From NCBI GenBank assembly GCA_021613535.1, contig CP075492.1, forward strand, positions 11,842,001 through 11,906,000: a stretch of 64,000 nt of DNA, read 5' to 3'. A program made the translations under genes and the position numbers. Positions 55,310 to 64,000 of this stretch are shown piece after piece. How positions within the stretch are numbered: position 1 is the first letter of the stretch; the number at the start of each line of letters is the position of its first letter. The notes beneath the pieces were generated by a model, which saw nothing but the letters and a program-made list of their open reading frames with translations, searched no databases and was not told the DNA's origin. This DNA comes from Adineta vaga (Eukaryota; Animalia; Rotifera).

Positions 55310-57664
55310 ATATAGTGACGAGTTAAAATTTAATCAACCAATCACGAAAGAATAGAGAAGAGAAAAAATTGGTTCTACTCATTAATTTAATTTTTCTTCT
55401 CATTATAAATTGACCAATGTGCTTCTTTCTATCTATTAGATAATAAACTATGTTCTATCAGTATTGATGACATGTTTTTTTTTAGATTATGGTGTCTGTG
55501 ATTAATGACAGCTGAAGAACATCTCAATATGACAAACTTTATCTGTGAAAGCAAAAATAATATCATATCACAACATAAAGTTTCATTTACAGATCAAAGT
55601 ATACAGAAGACAAACTAGATATCAACAAATCTTCTACTCAGTTTGAGAAGAAATTGATTGAACGATTTGTTCATTTCATGTATGATTCGATCATTAAGAA
55701 ATGAGAAACGAGAACTAAATGGTCATGCTCTTACCTGATGATATCTCTCATACAGCAATGTTTTCTTACTGAAATAAGTGGAACGATGAAATTATTCATT
55801 TGGAACGATATTTGTGAAGAAAAAAGTCATTAGCAAATTGTACATACTCAATGATCCGTACGGTAGAAATGATTGTATGAATATTTAAAATGTTATGATT
55901 AATCAATTTAAATGGATAATGTTCAAGATTATCAAATCAAATATTTTATATAATAAAAAACTCATTTTAAGATTTATTTCTGTGAAAATCGTTTTGATTT
56001 TATGATAAAAACATCATAGGTCCTATGCACAGATGATAAGCTCGATGATTTCACTAATTATTCAGAAACAAAATTAGCATTATTTATAATGATATCCGAA
56101 TCATTTGTTCTGTTAGACTTTTTCATACGATCTATAGATATGTCATGTCGGCTTTACTTGTCTTTATGGTATATAGTGATAAAAATCAAAGCATAAAGAT
56201 ATGACCTGACAACATGTTGAATAATACATCGTACAGTTCTTAATATACTGGGACAATATTACCTCAAACGTATGCTTCTATTTCGAAAAAAATAAACTAA
56301 CATAAAAATTATTCTTTTCCCCAGCAGCTGATATCTTAACAGAGACATATCTGCTTGAGATAAAGGTATCAGAGTAAATTGAGGGCAACATAACCTATCA
56401 TTGAGTATATATTGAGACTAAAACACCACATCCCGGTTGCCGTCACTATCACATACATACGCGTATAAAGCTTAATGGCGTATCGATAGAATGTGAGAAA
56501 AGACCGTATATCGCGAATCATTTGGAAGTTTTTCTTTACATCATGAGCTCGAATAGAGGATATAATCTTAGGTCATGTTTACTAGACTATCAGAAATGTA
56601 GAAAAACATCATAGAAGAGCAATTATGAGAGACAGTTAATCAATAAAGTAGAAGAAATAGAACAGTAGATAATCATGTGTCTCATACGCATATTACATAT
56701 AATGTATGTAGCCAATAGTGAAAAGTATGGAAGCGATATATCATACTGACCTATATCTATCGGCGTTTTGTACATTTATTATTATCCTTCACTTGCATCT
56801 TAGTCCAAACACCCCTTTAGTTTAAACATATCCGATAAGAAATAAGTGCTATTCAGTGTGTCTCATCCTTATGTTTGATAGTGACCTCTACGAAATAGTT
56901 TTTGTATTCCGTTTTTTATTGATTCGTATAATCGACCAGAGTTAGTGGTTCTAGAAAAATAGTATCAATAATAGTACGCATTTCCTGGACACAAAATCTA
57001 TCATGATGTATTACACATATTGTGTTTATATATCAGAGAAAATTCGGTCAGAAGTTTTCATCAGTTCCTGGATGATTTTTATCGCATTGAGAACGTGACA
57101 TATTTATCTTTTCTCTGATATCTTTTTTCTTGTCTTATTTTAAACACCTTGAGCTAGATAAAACTGTGACGATTTTTGATGGAAGACGTGTATGCGCTGA
57201 TGGAACTACGCCTTGATTTATTTCTTCCTCTTATAAATCGCATCGTTATGTACGAAATACACGCTTATATACTCTTCTGTCAAAGAGAAGGAAAGGAAAG
57301 ATAATATCAAAGTACATCAATACAAGTATCATTCACTTAGAAGATATTCATCTTGTATATAAAACAGAGATGGTAATCTAGGTTTCACAATACATTGTAC
57401 GATAAAGTCATAGCTTCAAAAACGAATTAGAATGGTAGTGATTCTTGAGTGATATTTATTCAGAAATACATTGAAGAGTTACATATCCTTGATCTTTTTC
57501 TAACATTCTGCATTTCGATATATTTCATAAGTATTTCTTATTTTGCTGTTGATTATTCTATAAAAAACGACGTATATTTATAATGTTTCTTTTGGAATCG
57601 TAATTTCCCATTATACTATCGAGAAAAAGTTATTATTGATAAAATGTTTGTTCAATATAATCTA

Positions 57665-58214
57665 CTAGCGGAGATACCCGCTGCAAAGAGGACACAATTC
57701 ACGTTTTTCATCCATAACAGTGCTTTTCTCCTCCGTACCGAGACCTCTCCTATATGCTTTTCGCGTCATGGACCAGGTCTTTTTTTTCAGAACTTTTCGC
57801 ATCTCTTCATTAGCTCTTTCCTACTGGTCTTATCTCGCTATGTACACGACATACAGCTCTGTTCCTTCTAAATCCACTCCTACTGTCCCGCTGCAACTCC
57901 CACCCCTCGATAGATCTGCCTATTCTCAGACGCTCGCTGTAACTCATTCTCTTATTTATAATCTTCACTTCGACTCCATACAAGTAGAGTAGTCATCTCA
58001 CGCCAGATTCAGTTTTTTTTGAGAATCTAACCCAGGCATTATAGTTGTCCATCTTGTATGCAGACACTAACACCCCTTCCCCCTCCACCTCTACCTCCCG
58101 ATGACCATTCTATGGACCTAGGGAAGTACCATGGAAAGCGTGGTGACCGTAGCTATTACCGGGACTGAATGCATAGCGAACAGACAAACAACCTTTTTTC
58201 TTTATATATATAGA
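57665..58214 (-). mobile_element. Non-autonomous Helitron-like element, 550 bp
   Basis: Minus strand begins A|TCTATATATATAAAG...TTGTTTGTCTGTTCGCTATGC and ends GCAGCGGGTATCTCCGCTAG|T: 5' TC, 3' CTAG, subterminal GC-rich hairpin, insertion between A and T, no TSD, raised GC. Confidence 0.75.
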
Positions 58215-58496
58215 TGTACCAAAATAAGTGTAGATGTACCGAAGTGAGAAAAAATATCATGCACACAGCGCATGTAAGCGAGAGCGTCACGAAAACCTCT
58301 ATCATATGGTTTCTTTCTGAATAAAAGAAACAAAGATATATAACTCGATTTAACGGTGCAACTCAATAGTATATTTTTTGTCGCTATTTCTTTTATTTTC
58401 AATATCGATATTCGTTCTTTCGATAGCGAATAGTTTTATTGGAGATATTTTTTCAATCATGTCAGATGTAAGAAAACATTTTCCTTTTAGATAAAC

Positions 58497-59289
58497 ATGT
58501 CTGTACCAGCTTACGCAGTTGATCCAGATTCTGTATTGAAAAATGTTTCCGATAATGTAAAATGGAGAAGAGGAATACCAAACTATGGAAAAGCCACAGC
58601 TTTCTTCAACAAACATAAAACAACAAATCATAAAGCAGGTTCATTAGAAGATATTGTACAAAATCTTGTAAAAAATTGGGAAAAAGGTGAGTTACTGATT
58701 CATTAACGACTGCAATTTTTTTCACATTGTTGATTCAATATTTAGAAGCAAGTCATAAGACTGATCCACGTCAATGGGATACCGTTGATTTAGATAATTA
58801 TCAATTTTCTTGTAATGGTATGAACAAATATAATGGCACGGAAATGTTAACAAAAGGAACCTATAATGCCTTAATAGGAGATACAACGTATTACAATGCA
58901 ACAACAATTTCATTCGAAGATTCTCACGATGCATTTCGCAATGCGTTAGGTGATGGTTTTGCTTGGGAAGTTTTAGAAGTATTTTCCGGACCGCCTAATG
59001 TTACATTTACATGGCGACATTTTGGCACAATGACACACGATTTTAAATGTACTGGTCTCTCAGGTATTCCATACACAGGAAACCAACTAATAAAATGGTA
59101 GAAATATTTGGAATGTGTAAAGCAACAGTAAATGATCAATTGAAGATTCAAGATCTTCAAGTATTTTATGATCCAAGCCAATTATTTGTTCAACTTCTTG
59201 AAACTTGTCCTCATGCTGCATTCATCGGTATGAAGCACTCCGAGTCAGCCACTACAGATGAATCTACTGCTGAAAAGCAGAATCAATAA
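58497..59289 (+). CDS. Pathogen-related protein (plant/fungal PRP family, NTF2/SnoaL-like fold); one intron, one frameshift at about 59081
   Basis: WRRGIPNY, GSLEDIVQNLVKNWEKE|ASHK, GTYNAL, GFAWEVLEVFSGPP, WRHFG; adding one A in ggaaacca restores YTGKPTNKMVEIFG...FYDP. Confidence 0.85.
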
Positions 59290-59845
59290 TCGGTTAATGA
59301 TTTATTTTTACAATGAACTGTTTACCCTTTAGTTTGAAATTTTGTATACATTTGCCAGAAAAAATCTATATTCTGCTTTATTTCATTTTTATTTTACCCT
59401 AACAAATTATGATATACTGCATCCTGAGTCATCGTATAAATATAAAAACTAATGAAAAGAATAAGAACTCTGCTGTTTTTAATATTTACCGAAGATTTGA
59501 TATCTTCATAACATTGTTTTTATTAACATACAATCGACGTGTAAATGTTCTTGATTTCAAAATTTTCTGTATATTTTCATCAGGAAATAGGCATACTAGC
59601 AAGCTAACTTGAGAAGAGCAACAACAACACAGTGACCGTATATAATAATAGCAGAAAGCCAAAAAAATACATCTCGTATGAAAAAAAAACAAAGATAGAG
59701 AACATTAGAAAGTTCATTGCAAAGAACAAAAAACAAAGCACAGAATGAAATAAGTTGTTAAGAGAAAAGCCATAGTCATCTACGATCAATCTTGCTATAT
59801 TTGACTAGGAATTGAAATGATAAGAAGGAGAGGAGAAGAAGGAAA

Positions 59846-62800
59846 TTAATTTTGTAATAATAAATTTGTCGTATTATTTATGGCAAATAGAGCGTCAGAC
59901 ATAGAATTTTCAGACTAAAAAATGTAAGAAAATCATTCGATTAAGAAAAGTTATAATACTTACTGCACATTTATTTTGTTCAGTCGTTGTCGACTGTTCA
60001 AAATTCATTAATTCACCAGATGATAGATTTGAATCGAGCAGATCCGGAAAACTACCAAACGACAAATCCGACATCTAAAGTCAAACAAAATATATACTGA
60101 TTTGTTTACAATTAGAATTGTATGTACATTATCTGGCCAGTCAAGACGTAATCGTGAAGTATTGCTTTGTAATGCAGCATTAACAATCGTTGCTAAAAAT
60201 AATGATATTGAATAAAAGAATGAATATAGGAAAAATCAATCCTACTGCTTAATGAAACACTGCTCAGATTGGAATTGTCGTTGAGAAGATCATCTAAATA
60301 TAAGAATATAAATTGAATTGTATGATAAGTCACTAGAGAAAAGAGATAGTCTTCTCTGTTAGAAAGAAACATCTGATTTCTCTTTCATCTCTTTTATAAG
60401 ATATTTATCGAAATTGAAGAACGATTATTTTTTCCAAAAACCATCAAGAACTGGTAAGATCTACTTTAAAAAAGAGATAGATTACTTGGATTTTCACAAT
60501 CACTACGAAATGGATTGTTTTGTGTTGTAGAAATATTCAGATCGTTAAATGTTAAACGATGATTTACAGCTGTTGCCGTTTGTTGTGCATTGATATTTGC
60601 ATCTAGAGATAATCAGTACAATGATTCAATTCGAAACAATGAATTTTATCTTTACCAAGCAGTAGTTGAGTATTCGAAGGACGAGTTGATTGATCACCAT
60701 AGCGTAATGGACGACGTACCTGATAATAGGATATGTGTATAGAGAAATATTTTTTCTAGAAAACAACATGACGTACTCGTTTATATCGATACGATAAAAG
60801 ATCATATTTATTTGCTGATGCAGCTTGTTCAGCTGCTAATGATTGAATTAAAGGATCATCAATAACACCATTATTACTACTGAATTAGAATAGCTGGTGG
60901 TTTCAGTTGAACAGGAGGAGGAGGAGGAGGAGGAGGTTGTGATGGAGGAGCTGTAGATTCGATTCCATTCATCATTGGAAGTAATAATGTTAGTAAAGGT
61001 GGAAGTTCTGTTGTTGTTGTTGTTGTTGATGTTGGATTAGATGATGTAGTAATCGATAGTTGTGAAGATGTAGGTATTTGAGATTGCTCTAAAGGTGTTG
61101 TTACTGTATCCGCTGACCAAACAAGAGAATCAAAGATGTCAGATTGTTCATCAAGTTTAGATGATGAAGTTTGCCTACAAAAAATTGATGAAAGAAAATT
61201 ATCCAGGAAAGTTCAGAATTGATATTTAGACTTACTTATTATGCAATTCTCCATCTGAAGTAAGATTTAAATTTTTATTAAAAGAAGTTTGTACTGTTAA
61301 TATGTCTTCATTCGAACATTCTTGAGTTGGAATTGATTGTGACATTTGTAATAAAGCAGATAATTCTGTATTCTGTGAATGAATAGCTTTTGTTGATGGT
61401 CGTCGTTGATCTTTACTATTGAGTTGATGATGAGCACAACATGAACAATAACATTTAGATCGTAAAGTTTGTTGTTTTTTAGTATTGATCTTTTTCGTTG
61501 TTTTTATTTCTGTTTGTGCTTGCGTTCAGCAAAAGAAGTTAAACATTGATTTGCTATTTGTATAATATAATGAACAAAAGTATTGGGTGATTCAGTGGAA
61601 TTTGTATGAGAGAGATTGTGGAAATCATATAGAAGACGAAGTTCTTTTGGACGTTGTAGTAATTTTTGTAATTCACCAATAGTTAAACTGGAGAATAACG
61701 GATTTATTCGATTTATACCTTGTGTAAGATCAAGTAGAGTAACGAATGGATTATTTGTATTAGTTGATGGAACTGTCGTAGATAGTGAAGTTGGTACATT
61801 AGGATCAGGTTCAATTTCATCTTCGGAAGCACACTAAAAGAAAATATCGTATATCATCAACGAGAGTTAAATATAGATTTCTAGCTTCATTATCGTTCCG
61901 TTAGATTGTAGTTGTAATTACCTCATCAGTGAAATCGATTGTATCAAGTCGTTGCTTGAACAAACCAGCACTACTATCAGGTTCATCCTCTGCACTATCG
62001 ATAAGTGTAAAACCTACACCGTCGTAATTCGTATTATTATTCGTATTACTATTAGAAACAGCTCGTTTGGCTGCTGATAGAATTGCTGTTCGTGCTAAAT
62101 TTGTTTTATTTGAGGTAGCCGGTGGTGATATTGATTCATTAGGTCCATCATTTTCTGACAAATTATTTCGTTTACGAGTAGGATTTAATGATGAATCTAC
62201 CAATGGTTCAATTGAATGTTCTGAATCGGATCGTGAACGTGTTTGTTTCTGTGAACAAAGATCTGGTGAATCATTGTTTACTATCGTAGAATCAATTGAT
62301 GTTGAATAAGATCCATGAGGATATAAAGTTAATTGTTCAAAAGACAAATCATCTTTTAATAACTAGATAAAATATTTATAAAATCATCTTTTTAAATTGT
62401 GCTTTTTTATAACAATACTTACACATAGAGCATGATTATGTAATTGCCAATATTGAGTTAACTTATCCATGAATTCATGTAAAGTTGTCGAACGTGATAA
62501 TAGGATTTCTACATGAGGATATCGACATGATAAAGCAACACGCATATATGCATTAGATGATGCTGGACTTAATAAAATCTTTACATGTTTGGATAGTGTT
62601 CGATCCGTTTGTTTACTTGAACCTAGAAATTCATGGTATTATAGTTTCTCTTCATAGAAAATCTCGAACTATTACCAAGTGTGTTGACTGTTTTGGGTGG
62701 TTTTAATGCTTTGCCAATAATTGATACATGTTCTCGTTGTCCTTTGACACGTAAAAATGCATTACCATTACGTATTAATTGATGTAAAACAGTAATTGTT

Positions 62801-63512
62801 GGTTTTTTATCAAAACCTATTTCATAAAAATATGATATGAATTGAATTTCTTGGATAAAATACTCACATTTCACTTTTGGTTTTAAACATAAATACGCCA
62901 AAACAGAACGTAATTCCAATGAATCAACATTTGCTTTCTCTTCTAATGAAAAACCAAAGAAAATGACACGAAATTTGAATCAAGATGAAGAAATTTAGGT
63001 AGTTAACCTTCGGTAAATGTATATAATTTTGAAACTGTTCGAAATGAACGATAATAGAAACAACGTATCTGACCAAATGTACGTTTTTGTGCTTCAGGAT
63101 TTACATTTCGCCGACGAGTATTAAAAAATTGACCAAGTGCTTCGAAATTTTTGCCATACTAAGATTAAAAACTAGATAAAAACAATGATAAATCATTCGA
63201 TTAACATACAATTCGAAGTGCACTGAAAAATTGTTTTTGTTCTTCTAATGTCCATTTGATTTTGTCTGGTAATTTCGGTGCGACCTCTTTGGCCTTTTTT
63301 ATTTTAGGTGCAGGTGGTAGAACTGATACAGCTACAACATATTTAATGAATTTTAATATTGTAAAACTATATTTGAATTACTTACGTGGACTACGTTCAC
63401 GTTTTGGTCGTTTAGTAATTTCTTTTGTACGTGATGCTATTGAATCTTCGACAACATTTGTTATTGGTGGAAGTGGAGGTTCGATTTTATTATCTTCTAT
63501 TGTTTCATCCAT
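59846..63512 (-). CDS. CRAMP1: Cramped/CRAMP1-like SANT-domain chromatin protein; two apparent frameshifts (about 61523 and 60884)
   Basis: KWTLEEQKQFFSAL...YGKNFEAL...QIRCFYYR SANT, ELRSVLAY, LHQLIRNG, YPHVEI, LTIGELQKLLQRPKELRLLYDF; exons traceable to TAA at 59846-59848. Confidence 0.8.
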
Positions 63513-64000
63513 CACATTTACTTTCTAAAATAAACTAAATCAGATATATAATTATGACCTTGTGATTATGAGAAAGAGATGTAAATCGACTGGGAACATG
63601 AACGATCGATAATGGTGGAAAAGAAAAATAGATGATCTGTCAAAATACAATACTCTCGTTTGTTTTCTTTTTCGGCCAGTCATAAACGAGCGCAACCGTT
63701 CGTCATTTTCCTCCGCACAAATGTGGGTGTTTGTGTGCGTGTGCGCGCGCGCAGATAGATTGTAGATACCTCAACTGAGTTATTTCGATTCATTATGAAA
63801 CTGTCAAAACTTTGATAGAATTGAAATGATGAATAAGAAACTATGTTCTTTGACACGAACATTCTACATTGATCTAGCAGACATAGTTTTTCATATGAAT
63901 GCATTCTTTTTGTCAAATATTGTTTATTAAATACTTCACGCATACATCAATGCATCGTTTTTTTCCACAGTACAATACAACAAACCAAAATTTTGCTATT

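Noticed and set aside
55310-57660. Hidden gene or large transposon in the 2.3-kb gap
   Set aside because: No ORF, spliceable frame or clear terminal repeats could be found by eye
57644-57992. ORFs 57644-57871 and 57720-57992
   Set aside because: They lie almost wholly inside the Helitron-like element and show no Rep/helicase or other motifs

Overview
AT-rich, gene-dense eukaryotic genomic DNA with many short (about 50-70 nt) GT-AG introns. It is most consistent with a bdelloid rotifer (inference from intron size, an ART-TPR gene, intron-containing non-metazoan-type genes and TGTGGG-like repeats). About 20 protein-coding genes are present: a NACHT/WD40 (NWD-like) gene running off the left edge, an orphan type I membrane protein, AF10/MLLT10-like, MGRN1-like, a PCTAIRE-family CDK, NRBF2-like, i-type lysozyme, NK1/slouch homeobox, a receiver-like/ART/TPR/TM protein, a bacterial/protist-type hypothetical gene, MGAT1, POLG, L-rhamnonate dehydratase, an ATP8A P4-ATPase, an Ig-domain protein, PITP, RPSA, a divergent DH-PH protein, a pathogen-related protein and cramped/CRAMP1. 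Highlights: (1) a pair of mutually exclusive exons in the ATP8A TM7-TM8 exoplasmic loop; (2) an ADP-ribosyltransferase-TPR gene with intact catalytic motifs, bracketed by two palindromic elements whose arms resemble telomeric repeats; (3) three probable horizontally acquired genes, each beside a small transposon remnant (MITE, Helitron, palindromic element); (4) four small frameshifts in otherwise intact genes, probably assembly indels. No rRNA, tRNA or CRISPR was seen. All family assignments come from motif recognition by eye; no searches were run.
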